A DNA stretch of 64,000 nucleotides from positions 44,306 through 108,305 of the forward strand of contig CAZQMX010000002.1 in NCBI GenBank assembly GCA_964594965.1, written 5' to 3'. A program made the position numbers and the translations under genes. The notes below the pieces were generated by a model. The model was not told the origin of the DNA, did no database searches, and was given only the letters and a program-made list of their open reading frames with translations. Below are positions 34,434 through 44,430 of the stretch, piece by piece (the stretch's first letter is position 1; each line of letters opens with the position of its first letter). Source of the stretch: an uncultured Candidatus Saccharibacteria bacterium. Lineage in GTDB: Bacteria; Patescibacteriota; Minisyncoccia; Portnoybacterales; UBA2143.

Positions 34434-34883
34434 ATGGCAACCTTAGTCAGAAATCCAAGAGCCAGGTTTGATTACCATATCCTTGAAAAATTCGAGGCTG
34501 GTTTAGTTTTGGCCGGTTTTGAAGTTAAGGGAATTAAAAACGGAAGAATGACTTTAAGGGGCTCCTATGTCACAATTAAAAATGAAGAAGTTTTTTTAAT
34601 TAACGCCCAGATTATGCCCTATCAGCCCAAAAACACACCGCAAGATTACGAACCAAGCCGAACCCGAAAACTCCTTTTAAACAAATCTGAGATTAAAAGA
34701 TTGATTGGGAAGACTAAAGAGAAAGGCTTGACTTTGGTCCCTATTCGGGTCTATACTAAACACCGAAAGCTTAAATTGGAATTTGGTCTGGGTCTGGGAA
34801 AGAGAAAAACTGACAAAAGAGAAGTTATTAAAAAAAGAGAAACCCAGCGCAGAATCCGAAGGGCCCTACGAGAGAAAGTATAA
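34434..34883 (+). CDS. smpB: SsrA-binding protein SmpB
   Basis: EAGLVL.G.EVK, RTRKLLL and DKRE.IKKRE motifs; adjacent to tmRNA. Confidence 0.97.
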   Translation: MATLVRNPRARFDYHILEKFEAGLVLAGFEVKGIKNGRMTLRGSYVTIKNEEVFLINAQIMPYQPKNTPQDYEPSRTRKLLLNKSEIKRLIGKTKEKGLTLVPIRVYTKHRKLKLEFGLGLGKRKTDKREVIKKRETQRRIRRALREKV

Positions 34884-34948
34884 AAATATTTTTCCAGTTT
34901 AGAAATTAAAAATTAAAAATTAAAAATTCTTTCGCGAAGCGAAAGCTT

Positions 34949-35290
34949 GGGGGTGCCTGGCATCGATGGAAAGGGATTTCAAAATAGGCAGGTTCCCGCA
35001 GGAGTGCGGGATAAAATTCTACTCATCATATAGTTGCAAACAAACAACTTTCACCTGCTTACGCTTAAATCGTAAGTCATCTGCCTTATTGACTCTTGAT
35101 AGATAGGGTAGGTGTCAATTATCAAGATAGACAGGATTGGTGACCGGACAATTCTGTTGAAACTAATCGGTCTAGAGATAATGGAATTTTGTTTCTTTCA
35201 ATCCATTGTTTCGAAAACTTTAAAGGAAATAAGCCTGTAGAATATTTTGGATGAGCTTTTCAGACAAGGGTTCGACTCCCTTCACCTCCA
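34949..35290 (+). ncRNA. ssrA: tmRNA (tag ANKQLSPAYA at 35036-35068)
   Basis: GGGGGTG 5' end pairs with CACCTCC-A 3' end; T-arm GGGTTCGACTCCC; GCA resume codon. Confidence 0.93.
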
Positions 35291-35433
35291 CTCGACTCGT
35301 TCCTCGTCTTCGACTACGCTCAGACTCGTCACTCGCTCGTGGCAAGCCACCATAATGTTTGTTATTAAGAAATATTCTCTTATTTAAGAGTCGAGTGTCC
35401 CGAGCGAAGCGAATCCCGAGCTAGTCGAGGGAC
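35291..35433. repeat. Nested palindromic repeat cluster after tmRNA
   Basis: CTCGACTC/GAGTCGAG IR, CTTCGACTACGCTCAG, CCCGAGCGAAGCG and CCCGAGCTAGTCGAGGG units. Confidence 0.65.
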
Positions 35434-35439
35434 AAATCA

Positions 35440-35988
35440 ATAACTAATAGCAAAAATATATACAAGAAATTCAAGCAACCACAAATTAAAAGAGCAAGGT
35501 TGAATATGCAAATCAGAGTCAGCCCAATTCGGCTGATTGATGAGAACGGCGAGAATTTAGGAGTTGTTGAAACGAGCGAAGCTCTCAAAATGGCCCGAGA
35601 AAAAGGGCTTGATTTAATTGAGATAGCGCCAAATATCAGTCCCCCGGTCTGTAAAATCATGGACCACGGCAAGTATCAATACCAGAAATCCAAAGATGAA
35701 AAAAAACAGAAATCCAAACAAAAGAGAGTAGAGATTAAAGGAGTCAGAATTGGAATCCGGACTGGGAAGCATGATTTAGAAACCAAAGCCAAACAGGTAG
35801 AAAAGTTTCTTAATCAGGGCAACAAAGTTAAAATTGATATGATGCTCAGGGGCCGGGAAAAAGGACTTTTTCAATTATCTAAAGAAAGATTAAATGATTT
35901 TATTAAAATGATTCCATTTGAAATTAAGATTGAACAGGAAATCAAAAGACAGCCAAGAGGGCTATCAATGGTAATCGGGAAAGAATAA
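35440..35988 (+). CDS. infC: Translation initiation factor IF-3 (probable non-AUG start)
   Basis: RLIDENGE.LG, PPVCKIMD.GKY.Y and LRGRE motifs; frame open upstream to ATA 35440 after GAGGGA (ORF track starts 35500). Confidence 0.93.
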   Translation: MTNSKNIYKKFKQPQIKRARLNMQIRVSPIRLIDENGENLGVVETSEALKMAREKGLDLIEIAPNISPPVCKIMDHGKYQYQKSKDEKKQKSKQKRVEIKGVRIGIRTGKHDLETKAKQVEKFLNQGNKVKIDMMLRGREKGLFQLSKERLNDFIKMIPFEIKIEQEIKRQPRGLSMVIGKE

Positions 35989-35989
35989 T

Positions 35990-36190
35990 ATGGGTAAAAT
36001 GAAAACAAAGAAAGCGCTGGCTAAAAGATTGAAAATTACCGGCGGAAAAAAAATATTAAAGAGAAGAACTCATCAAGATCATCTCAATGCCAAAGATTCT
36101 GGCAATCGAACCAGAAGAAAAAGAGAGGTTAATAAATTGTCTTCGTCTAATAGGAAGGTAGTAAAAAGATTACTACCTAATTTAAAATGA
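35990..36190 (+). CDS. rpmI: 50S ribosomal protein L35
   Basis: KMKTKKALAKRLKITG motif; infC-rpmI-rplT order. Confidence 0.93.
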   Translation: MGKMKTKKALAKRLKITGGKKILKRRTHQDHLNAKDSGNRTRRKREVNKLSSSNRKVVKRLLPNLK

Positions 36191-36327
36191 CCCGGTAGTA
36201 GAACTTTGATACAATTCGCCAAAGGCGAATTAAGAATACCGGGCATAAAATAGAGTAATAACATTTAATACAGGGCTTTGATTTTTTGATAAATTAAGTT
36301 AGTCAAAATCAAAGTTTCACTACCGGG
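36191..36327 (+). mobile_element. Start-codon-associated MITE, copy 3 (rplT)
   Basis: ATGA-CCCGGTAGTAGAACTTTGAT...ATCAAAGTTTCACTACCGGG-ATGA. Confidence 0.88.
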
Positions 36328-36672
36328 ATGACCAGAGTTAAAAGAGGCGTTACTGCCAGCAAAAGAAGAAAAAAAGTTATTAAAATGGCCAAGGGCTATA
36401 AGTGGGGAAGAAAGTCGAAATACAAGGCGGCTAAAGATGCTGTTCGCCACGCCCTGGGTTATGCTTATCGAGACCGCCGAAGAAAAAAGCGGGATTTTAG
36501 GCAATTATGGAATATTAAGATTAATGCCGCTTCAAGAGAAAAAGGAATTACTTATTCTCAATTTATTAATAAATTAAAAAAAGCTAAGATTGAATTAGAC
36601 AGAAAAATCTTAGCTCATTTGGCAGAACACAAACCGGAAGTCTTCTCAAGGATTGTTGAGAAAATCAAATAA
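36328..36672 (+). CDS. rplT: 50S ribosomal protein L20
   Basis: [23 protein letters not shown] and LDRKILA motifs. Confidence 0.97.
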   Translation: MTRVKRGVTASKRRKKVIKMAKGYKWGRKSKYKAAKDAVRHALGYAYRDRRRKKRDFRQLWNIKINAASREKGITYSQFINKLKKAKIELDRKILAHLAEHKPEVFSRIVEKIK

Positions 36673-37605
36673 TTAAATTTCTACGACTAATAAATCTAGA
36701 GCGGTTTGACTGTTTATTCGACCAACTTTTAGACCAAAATCTATCTCTGATAAGCGCTGATAGATTTTTTTTAATCCTTCCAAACTGAAATTTCTTAATT
36801 GAGATGAACTTTTTTTAACAACATAAGGATGAAGTCCGCTTTTCTTAGCCAAATTGTAATAAGGAGTCCCCTTTTCAATTAAATCCTTTAATTTAAGTAA
36901 AGTTCTGACTTGGTAAACCAGCATGGAGAATAAATAGAATTCATCTTCTCCCTGATTCAAATGCTGATGAATAAGTTTTAAGGCAGTTTTTTTGTCTTTC
37001 TCAGCCAAGGCGTCAAGAGTTTTGAATATATTGGTATCAAAACTGGCTTTGACTAATAAATCAACATCTTCTTCAACAATTTTTTTGTCTTTCCCAAAAC
37101 TGGCTAATTTATTAATCTCTGAAGACATTTGCCATAAATCTTTGCCAACATAGGCGGTTAATTTTTTAATTACTTCCGGATTAACCTGGATATTATTTTT
37201 TTCAAACTCTTTTTTTACCCAGTTGGCTAAATTCACTCCTTCTAAAGAATTAAATGCTTCAAGCATACTCAATTTATTCTTAAAAGGAGAAACTGCTAAT
37301 TTGCCTTCCTGGTGAATGACAATAACAATATCCTGGTTATCTTTTAATTTAATTTTCTTGGCGTAATTAAAAAAATCTTCCTGATTTTTTTTATTTTGAA
37401 AAAGATTTTCTAGAATTATTAATTTCTTTTCATCAAACATTGAAACCGCCTCTATTTTCTCCCTGATTTTATCCAAATTCAAATCTCCGTCCCTGAAAAT
37501 TGCCAAACTCAAGCCACTCTCGTGTTTGGCTTCGTACTTCCCAACTATTTCTTTTAATTTCTGGCGGGAACGATAGGTATCCTCGCCGTATAGGAGAATT
37601 AACAT
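36673..37605 (-). CDS. holA: DNA polymerase III delta subunit
   Basis: LLYGED, SMFDEKKLII, EINKL, NIF..LDA and LHPYVVKK motifs. Confidence 0.9.
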   Translation of the reverse strand: MLILLYGEDTYRSRQKLKEIVGKYEAKHESGLSLAIFRDGDLNLDKIREKIEAVSMFDEKKLIILENLFQNKKNQEDFFNYAKKIKLKDNQDIVIVIHQEGKLAVSPFKNKLSMLEAFNSLEGVNLANWVKKEFEKNNIQVNPEVIKKLTAYVGKDLWQMSSEINKLASFGKDKKIVEEDVDLLVKASFDTNIFKTLDALAEKDKKTALKLIHQHLNQGEDEFYLFSMLVYQVRTLLKLKDLIEKGTPYYNLAKKSGLHPYVVKKSSSQLRNFSLEGLKKIYQRLSEIDFGLKVGRINSQTALDLLVVEI

Positions 37606-37680
37606 AACTTTATTCTAGCATTGTTTTTAAAAATATAAAGAGGCTGAGTAAATTGACCCAGCCTCTTCAACAGAATCTAT

Positions 37681-38433
37681 CTATTCCCAAAGAACCGAAA
37701 AATCCTCTCGGAAACCCCCGATTAAACATCGGGCGACTATACCAGTGCTTCCCAAGCTGGCTAATCTCATGTCCGGAGGATCGTAGTAAAATCCATTAAA
37801 AATTCCTTCATCTGAATTCTTTAACCTAGAAACCATTCTTAGGGTTTTTGCCTGTATAATTCCACCATATTCGTCGATTTCCTTCCCAATCATAGAAGGT
37901 TGTCTTTCTCCAAGAGAGATGCCTTTTTCCTGGAAAAAAACAATTATAGCTTGGCGAATAGTATCTTTGACAAAATTAGGACATTGTTTTCTGAATTTTT
38001 TTAGATAGAATTCCTTTTGCTTCCCTATCTCTATCCTTTCAATGATTTTTAGATTGGAAAGAAGTTGTTCCTGAAGATTTCTCGCTCTTTCATTTTCTTC
38101 TACCCAACAGGAATAACATTTATCCCCGAGAATAACCGGTGTTCGATGTCTGAAGCACATCTTTGGTTCAGTTTCTTGATTTATCTGATCCTCTGCATTT
38201 TCTACGAATCGAGGGAAAAACCTAGTCAACTTATATTGCCAGCTATTCCAATACCTCTCTTTTTCTGTATAAACTTTTGCCCCTCTTCCCTCAATAGCCC
38301 TTATTCCCTCTCCTATCATTTTTTCAATTCCTTCTAAGAGAATTTTAAGAATGGTTTTTTCTTTTTCATTTTCTGGCCTGATAAAGATCTCTAAGACATC
38401 TGTAATTTCTTGAGCCATATATTCTCCTTGCAT
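37681..38433 (-). CDS. Hypothetical protein
   Basis: 250-aa ORF with a C..H...C..C cluster; no family recognised. Confidence 0.6.
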   Translation of the reverse strand: MQGEYMAQEITDVLEIFIRPENEKEKTILKILLEGIEKMIGEGIRAIEGRGAKVYTEKERYWNSWQYKLTRFFPRFVENAEDQINQETEPKMCFRHRTPVILGDKCYSCWVEENERARNLQEQLLSNLKIIERIEIGKQKEFYLKKFRKQCPNFVKDTIRQAIIVFFQEKGISLGERQPSMIGKEIDEYGGIIQAKTLRMVSRLKNSDEGIFNGFYYDPPDMRLASLGSTGIVARCLIGGFREDFSVLWE

Positions 38434-38465
38434 CAGTCACCCCCTATTCAGTTTTTAATATTCAG

Positions 38466-39494
38466 TTATTGCCAAGTAACTTCCTGATTTGGTTCAACTA
38501 TTTGTATCCAGGTTTGGCCTGGAACAAAAGGAATTTCCTTATTGTTTTCATCTAAAAATTTAAGTTTGCTGGTTGGATTTTTTTCGCTTTTCTGCCAGGT
38601 GCAGTCGATAACAATTCCATTCTGATAAATCTGGCACTCGCCGCTTCCTTCCAAATCCAAATCATTGTAATCCGGTCCCTGGATTTGTTTTGAAAATGAC
38701 CTCATGACAACAATATTCTTAGCTTGAATTTGTTTGTCATTGGCTTTATCCATTTCTTTCAGATTAGTCCGGTAGCGGAAATATGAATTAGAATCTGGCT
38801 CATATTGATAGGAAACATTGTAGGGATAAGAATAATTTATCCTTAAAACTTTTCTTTCTTTTGTCTGGCTTTCGTCTTTTTGACTATGAGAATATCCCTC
38901 AAATTCATTTGTCATCCGATAGCCAAGTTTTTTGGCGGCGTTGATTAAGCGGGTCATTGAAGTAAAGCCGTTATGGGGCTGAGGAATTGAACTTTTCTGG
39001 TAAAAGGAATTATATGGATTTTTCATAGCATCAATATTATCCATTATTCCGGCGTCTAAATCATCAAGGGCAAAATGAGAACCGCCCCAATGGACTAAAA
39101 TAGCGTCGAGACCAATAGTTAAAGGAATAAAATCATGGCGGGCGCTTCTTAAAGAACCCATTTCATTTGGAGAATTACATTGATAGACCGCTATAATCCG
39201 GGTAATGCTTTGGGTTATGACCGGCATTTCTAAAACCAAATCTGCTTCTGATAGGCCGGTTAAAGGACGGGTGACCGGGTCATTGGCAAAAACAACTGCC
39301 ATTGGTCTTCTCTGATAATTATCACAGGAAAGACCGGAAAAAGGACTAATATTCTTTCCTCCAATTGTCTGGACTCCGCTCGCCTGATGTTCTATTCTAA
39401 TTACCCGCCCTATTTTCTGCCAAGCAAAAAAAGCTCCGATAGCGATGAGAATTAAAAACGGATACAAAATATATTTTTTCCTAAATATTTTCAT
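38466..39494 (-). CDS. DUF3048 domain protein
   Basis: RRPMAVV..N, GLSEADLV.E, ITR, GSLRSAR, HWGGS and PHN motifs. Confidence 0.85.
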   Translation of the reverse strand: MKIFRKKYILYPFLILIAIGAFFAWQKIGRVIRIEHQASGVQTIGGKNISPFSGLSCDNYQRRPMAVVFANDPVTRPLTGLSEADLVLEMPVITQSITRIIAVYQCNSPNEMGSLRSARHDFIPLTIGLDAILVHWGGSHFALDDLDAGIMDNIDAMKNPYNSFYQKSSIPQPHNGFTSMTRLINAAKKLGYRMTNEFEGYSHSQKDESQTKERKVLRINYSYPYNVSYQYEPDSNSYFRYRTNLKEMDKANDKQIQAKNIVVMRSFSKQIQGPDYNDLDLEGSGECQIYQNGIVIDCTWQKSEKNPTSKLKFLDENNKEIPFVPGQTWIQIVEPNQEVTWQ

Positions 39495-40347
39495 TTAAGT
39501 TATTGAATCTTTTAATTAAACTCTTGAATTCCAGTTTTTCTAAAAACTTAATTACTTTTTTCTTATCATAATCTTTCATTTTAGATTTTTTGAGATTAAA
39601 GTCAATTGGAACATCTTTTTTAATTGTTGCTAAATACATGCTCAAAAATGCCTGATCTTTGTATTCTAAAAGTCTGGCTTTTAATTTTGGCTCAACTTGA
39701 TTAATTTTCTGATAAAGATTTTCGAGGTTTTTGAATTCTTTAATCAGTTTCAGGGCAGTTTTTTCGCCAATTCCTGTTACACCCGGGATATTGTCAGAAG
39801 GGTCCCCTCTTAATCCCTTAAAATCATTTAATTGTTCCGGAATTAATCCGTAACGGTCTTTAACCGCTTTTTTGTCGTAGATGGCAATCTGGTTAATTCC
39901 TTTTTTGAGATTATAAACCCAGGTATTTTTGTTGACTAATTGAAGAGTGTCCAAATCACCGGTGATAATAATATTCTCTGTTTTCTCTGATTTTTTTGAA
40001 ATTGTTCCAATAACATCATCGGCTTCAAAGCCTTCTTTTTCATAAATTGGGATATTAAATGATTGAACCAATTCCTTGACCAGAGAAATCTGGTCATAAA
40101 GGTCCTGGGGGGCTTTAACTCTTTTAGCTTTGTATTCCTTGTATTCCAAATCTCTGAAGGTTGGTCCGGGTAAATCGAAAGTTGCAACCAAATAGTCCGG
40201 ATTTAGTTCACGGATAACTTTAAATAAAACACTGGCAAAGCCATAGACGGCATTGACTAATTTTCCTTTTTTATCCTTAAAAGGCGGTAGGGCGTGATAA
40301 GACCGGTGGATTAAAGCATTGCCATCAATAATAATTAGTTTTTTCAT
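39481..40347 (-). CDS. Stand-alone 5'-3' exonuclease (Pol I N-terminal domain)
   Basis: IDGNALIHRSYHA, GFEADDVIG and GDPSDNIPGV.GIGEKTA motifs. Confidence 0.93.
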   Translation of the reverse strand: MKKLIIIDGNALIHRSYHALPPFKDKKGKLVNAVYGFASVLFKVIRELNPDYLVATFDLPGPTFRDLEYKEYKAKRVKAPQDLYDQISLVKELVQSFNIPIYEKEGFEADDVIGTISKKSEKTENIIITGDLDTLQLVNKNTWVYNLKKGINQIAIYDKKAVKDRYGLIPEQLNDFKGLRGDPSDNIPGVTGIGEKTALKLIKEFKNLENLYQKINQVEPKLKARLLEYKDQAFLSMYLATIKKDVPIDFNLKKSKMKDYDKKKVIKFLEKLEFKSLIKRFNNLNENI

Positions 40348-40778
40348 AAACTTATTCTCCTCTTATCTTCATCCAGATACTCAAACTTAATTGATAAAAC
40401 ATCTTTTGGCAAGATGTCTTTAATTTTCTCCGCCCATTCAATAACAACAATATTTTCCTTGTTTTCCAGGATTTCCTTAAAATCTAAATCAATCAAATCC
40501 TTGGAATCATTGATTCGGTAACAATCAACATGATAAAAATCCTTTTTTTCGATAGAATACTTCTTGAAAATGACAAAGGTCGGACTGGTAATTTTGTCTT
40601 TTATTCCCAGTCCTTTTGCCAACCCCTGGATAAAAGTAGTTTTACCGGAACCCAATTCCCCTGATAAACCAATAATCGGACCTTTGTCTCCTTTTAATAC
40701 CTCTTCTCCTAGAATCTTCCCTATATTTTTTGTCTCTCTGCTATTTTTTGACTCTATGTTCCATGTTTTATGATTCAT
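40344..40778 (-). CDS. tsaE: tRNA threonylcarbamoyladenosine biosynthesis ATPase TsaE
   Basis: GELGSGKTTF, SPTF, HVDCYR and IEWAE motifs; first residues are heptamer-repeat DNA. Confidence 0.94.
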   Translation of the reverse strand: MNHKTWNIESKNSRETKNIGKILGEEVLKGDKGPIIGLSGELGSGKTTFIQGLAKGLGIKDKITSPTFVIFKKYSIEKKDFYHVDCYRINDSKDLIDLDFKEILENKENIVVIEWAEKIKDILPKDVLSIKFEYLDEDKRRISL

Positions 40779-40840
40779 GTTTTATGATTCAAGTATAATA
40801 CAATTGACCCTAAAATCAAAATAAGGTAAGATTGGAATAT

Positions 40841-42517
40841 ATGGCCCAAATTAATCACAAAAAAAAGGAACTCGAGGAAAAACTGAATCAGATAAACAAA
40901 AAGGAAGAAGAGAAGAAAACCAAACTATTGGCTGAAAAATATGATTTGCCTTATCTTAACCTAAATATCGTTCCAATTGATCCAGATGATGTTTCCTTTT
41001 TACCCAAGGAAAAGGCCTTGGAAGGAAATTTAGCTGTCCTTGAAAAAAAAGGGAAAACCTTGAGAATAGTCGTTAAAAACCCTGAAGATTCAAAAACTAA
41101 ATCCGTTATCGAAGAATTAAAGAAAAAGGGCTATGATTGTCGGCTTTTTCTTGGTTCTTTGACTGGATTAAAAAGAGCCTGGCAGCGATATGAACTAGTC
41201 ACCCCTGAAGCAGTTTCTTTAAGGGGTGTTTTTAATATTAACCAAAAGGAATTAAAGGGATTTGAAAAATCATTAAAAACTATCCAGGAATTAAAGGAAG
41301 TTATTGGCTCTTTGACAACAACTCAACTCCTAAGTGTTGTTTTTGCCGGGGCAATTAAAATGGGTGCTTCCGATATTCATCTGGAACCGAGAAAAGAAAA
41401 TGTCCGTCTTCGTTACCGGATTGACGGAGTCCTACAGGATATTACCCAACTTTCAAGAGGGAAATACAATTTCATCCTTTCAAGAATCAAAACCTTGTCA
41501 GATATGCTTTTGAATGTGACTGATGTTAGTCAGGACGGCCGTTTTAGTATTAAAATTAAAGATGGGGAGATAGAATCAATTGACATTAGGAGTTCAATCC
41601 TGCCCAGCGCTCATGGAGAGAGTATTGTTCTTCGTCTTTTGGGAATCGCTGTGGCTAAACTTGATTTAGAAAAACTGGGTATGAAACCGTCCATTTTTGA
41701 AATGGTTAAGAAACAAATTAATCAGCCCAATGGCATGATTCTATCAACCGGACCAACCGGTTCAGGAAAAACAACAACTCTCTACGCCTGCCTTAACTAT
41801 GTTAACAAGCCCGGAACGAAAATTATTACCGTTGAAAACCCGATTGAATACCAGTTAGAAGGTATTACCCAGACTCAAATCGATGAAAGAGATGGCCATA
41901 CTTTCGGCCAATCACTTAGAGGGATTGTTCGTCAGGACCCGGATGTTTTAATGGTTGGTGAAATTAGAGACCAAGAAAGTGCAGAAATTGCAATCCAGTT
42001 TTCTTTAACCGGTCATCTGGTCTTCTCAACTCTCCATACCAATGATGCGGTCGGGGCTGTCCCCCGCTTGATTGGCATAAAGGTTGAGCCTTCTTCTTTG
42101 TCTTCTTCTTTGAAAATAGTTATTGCCCAAAGGTTGGTTAGAGTCCTTTGTCCTGATTGTAAAAAACCGGCTAATCCATCAGAGGAAATTAAAAAAGCGG
42201 CCAAGAAACTAATTGCCGCCATTCCAAAAACCTCTGGCATTGTCATTCCTAAAAAATTATCCTTTTACCAGGCTAAGGGATGTGACAAATGTCATGGCCT
42301 GGGCTATCAGGGAAGAATTGGCGTTTTTGAGGTTATGGTTATTAACAACCAAATTGAAAAGCTCATTCTTGATAGAGCGACCAGTTATCAGTTGGACGAA
42401 AAAGCCAGGGAAAACGGCATGACAACCCTGATCCAGGACGCTTTGGTTAAAGCCATTGAAGGAATGACCTCCTTGGAAGAAATTGAAAGAGTAATTGGTT
42501 CAATTACCCTTGACTAA
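40841..42517 (+). CDS. GspE/PilB family pilus assembly ATPase
   Basis: ASDIHLEP, GPTGSGKTTTLY, RQDPDV.MVGEIRD and STLHTND motifs. Confidence 0.95.
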   Translation: MAQINHKKKELEEKLNQINKKEEEKKTKLLAEKYDLPYLNLNIVPIDPDDVSFLPKEKALEGNLAVLEKKGKTLRIVVKNPEDSKTKSVIEELKKKGYDCRLFLGSLTGLKRAWQRYELVTPEAVSLRGVFNINQKELKGFEKSLKTIQELKEVIGSLTTTQLLSVVFAGAIKMGASDIHLEPRKENVRLRYRIDGVLQDITQLSRGKYNFILSRIKTLSDMLLNVTDVSQDGRFSIKIKDGEIESIDIRSSILPSAHGESIVLRLLGIAVAKLDLEKLGMKPSIFEMVKKQINQPNGMILSTGPTGSGKTTTLYACLNYVNKPGTKIITVENPIEYQLEGITQTQIDERDGHTFGQSLRGIVRQDPDVLMVGEIRDQESAEIAIQFSLTGHLVFSTLHTNDAVGAVPRLIGIKVEPSSLSSSLKIVIAQRLVRVLCPDCKKPANPSEEIKKAAKKLIAAIPKTSGIVIPKKLSFYQAKGCDKCHGLGYQGRIGVFEVMVINNQIEKLILDRATSYQLDEKARENGMTTLIQDALVKAIEGMTSLEEIERVIGSITLD

Positions 42518-42756
42518 CCTGCAGGCAAAAGCTCCCTGCCTGAGAACAGAGAGAAAGGTCTTTCCGAGGAATAATCCAGCCGGAGCCAAAATATCCAAAT
42601 ACTAAGAGAAAACCCCAAAGAGTCCAAAAATGAACCCCTTTGCCCGCAGATTAGTAAAGGTTAAAGTAATCTAAAATGGAGATAGGAATCATCTCCATTT
42701 ATTCAATGATAGCAGATAATATTTCTTTTGTCAACCCCGCCTAGCGGGATAAACCC

Positions 42757-43767
42757 ATGTTAACCAACTCAAAACAACAAAAAGAAGATAAATATCTTGA
42801 TACGACTTTAAGGCCCCGTTCCTTTAACGAATACGTTGGCCAGGAGAAAATTAAGAATAATTTATCTATTCTAATCGAAGCCGCTAAAAAAAGAAGCGAA
42901 GCTATTGATCATACTCTTCTTTATGGTTCTTCCGGATTGGGCAAAACAACCTTAGCCCATATTATTGCCAGAGAAATGGGCGGGAATATTAAGATTACTT
43001 CTGGACCAGCTATTGAAAAGGTTGGTGATTTGGCTTCTATCCTGACGAATCTTGAGGATGGCGATATCCTTTTTGTTGATGAATGTCATCGAATGAATAA
43101 AACCATAGAAGAAACCCTTTATCCGGCTATGGAAGATTTTGTTCTTGATATTGTCATTGGCAAAGGCCCTTCGGCCAAAACCCTTCAATTAGAACTACCT
43201 AAATTTACTTTAATCGGAGCAACAACCCGGATTGGGCTTTTATCTTCTCCTCTAAGGGGTCGTTTTGGGGCAACCTACCGATTAGATTTTTATAAAGATG
43301 AAGACATTGAAAAGATTGTTGCCCGTTCATCTAAAATCCTGGGGGTTGAAATTAAGGATTCGGAAGCTTCGAAAATGATTGCCCGCTGTTCAAGAAAAAC
43401 ACCCCGGGTGGCTAACCGTCTTTTAAAAAGAGCTCGGGATTACAGCCAGGTCAGAAGTGATGGAATAATTGACAAAAAAACCGCCCAGGAGGCGCTTAAA
43501 ATGTTAGAAATTGATCAATACGGATTAGAGCCGTCCGACCGCCATATTCTGGAAATTATTATTAAAAAATTCAATGGCGGACCGGTTGGATTGAATGCTT
43601 TAACAGCTTCTTCAAATGAGGAATCAGAAACTATCGCTGATGTCCATGAGCCTTATCTTCTGCAAATGGGGTTTTTAGCTCGGACTCCCCGGGGAAGGGT
43701 CGCAACCAAACTCGCCTACAATCATCTCGGGATGAAATATGATAAAGAGCAGGATAAATTACTCTGA
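42757..43767 (+). CDS. ruvB: Holliday junction helicase RuvB
   Basis: [24 protein letters not shown] and RTPRGR motifs. Confidence 0.97.
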   Translation: MLTNSKQQKEDKYLDTTLRPRSFNEYVGQEKIKNNLSILIEAAKKRSEAIDHTLLYGSSGLGKTTLAHIIAREMGGNIKITSGPAIEKVGDLASILTNLEDGDILFVDECHRMNKTIEETLYPAMEDFVLDIVIGKGPSAKTLQLELPKFTLIGATTRIGLLSSPLRGRFGATYRLDFYKDEDIEKIVARSSKILGVEIKDSEASKMIARCSRKTPRVANRLLKRARDYSQVRSDGIIDKKTAQEALKMLEIDQYGLEPSDRHILEIIIKKFNGGPVGLNALTASSNEESETIADVHEPYLLQMGFLARTPRGRVATKLAYNHLGMKYDKEQDKLL

Positions 43768-44028
43768 TTACTGATAAATCCTGTGGGTACCGACTGAATG
43801 AAAATAAATAACACCGTCCCCAGCAAACTCGAATACTATCCTGTATTTATAGCCGACCGAAAAAGACCAAAAGCCTCTAAATTTCCCAGAAAGTTTGTGG
43901 GTCTTTAATTTTTTATCAAAAGGATTTTGACGAAAAATATTTTCTTTCTCTTCCATTAATTTCTTAGCTTTATCGGGTAGCTTCCTGTATTCCCGATAAA
44001 ATTTAGGAGAATATATTATTTTGTCCAT
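43768..44028 (-). CDS. RelE/YafQ-family toxin
   Basis: LKTHKLSG...G.WSFSV...YRIVF and VGTH.IY motifs. Confidence 0.88.
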   Translation of the reverse strand: MDKIIYSPKFYREYRKLPDKAKKLMEEKENIFRQNPFDKKLKTHKLSGKFRGFWSFSVGYKYRIVFEFAGDGVIYFHSVGTHRIYQ

Positions 44029-44063
44029 TTATTTTCAGCAAGCCCACTCACAAGCTGTATTAA

Positions 44064-44282
44064 TTATCTTAAATCTTTAAAAGACTTTAAAACTTTGCCT
44101 TTTCCATCTAGTATTTCACGATGACTTTCCTCCAATTCAGCCAAAATCTTACTTTCTTCTTCATATTCACGCAAAAGAGAACGAAAGAATTCGCTGACAC
44201 TGGCATATTTGCCCTTTTTGACTTCTTGTTTGACCATCTTTGCCATTTGAGCAGGCAAAGAAATGTTGATAATGTTTCTCAT
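44064..44282 (-). CDS. Ribbon-helix-helix antitoxin
   Basis: INISLP...G.YASVSEFFR motif; directly upstream of the toxin. Confidence 0.85.
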   Translation of the reverse strand: MRNIINISLPAQMAKMVKQEVKKGKYASVSEFFRSLLREYEEESKILAELEESHREILDGKGKVLKSFKDLR

Positions 44283-44430
44283 ATTGGTTGTTTCTTAGTT
44301 ATATATTATTTGTAATAATCTGTATTACAATACTAGCAAACCCAAATATCTCTGTCAAGTCCTTCTATTAGGAATATTTTTCTTACCATCTTTTTGCTCC
44401 GCTTCAGTTCTGATTAATGAAATTGCCTGG

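Noticed and set aside
36191-36327. Element before rplT as the known L20 leader RNA
   Set aside because: L20 leaders lie upstream of infC or rpmI, and the same element occurs at smpB and argS.
39481-40347. Truncated polA pseudogene
   Set aside because: Complete 5'-3' exonuclease domain with a clean stop coupled to the next gene; stand-alone forms are common.
984-40792. Heptamer tracts and dispersed hairpins as a CRISPR array
   Set aside because: No constant repeat with unique equal-length spacers, and no cas genes.
42518-42705. Possible gene remnant and AAATGGAGAT/ATCTCCATTT hairpin before ruvB
   Set aside because: No convincing ORF or second copy; cannot be assigned from the sequence alone.
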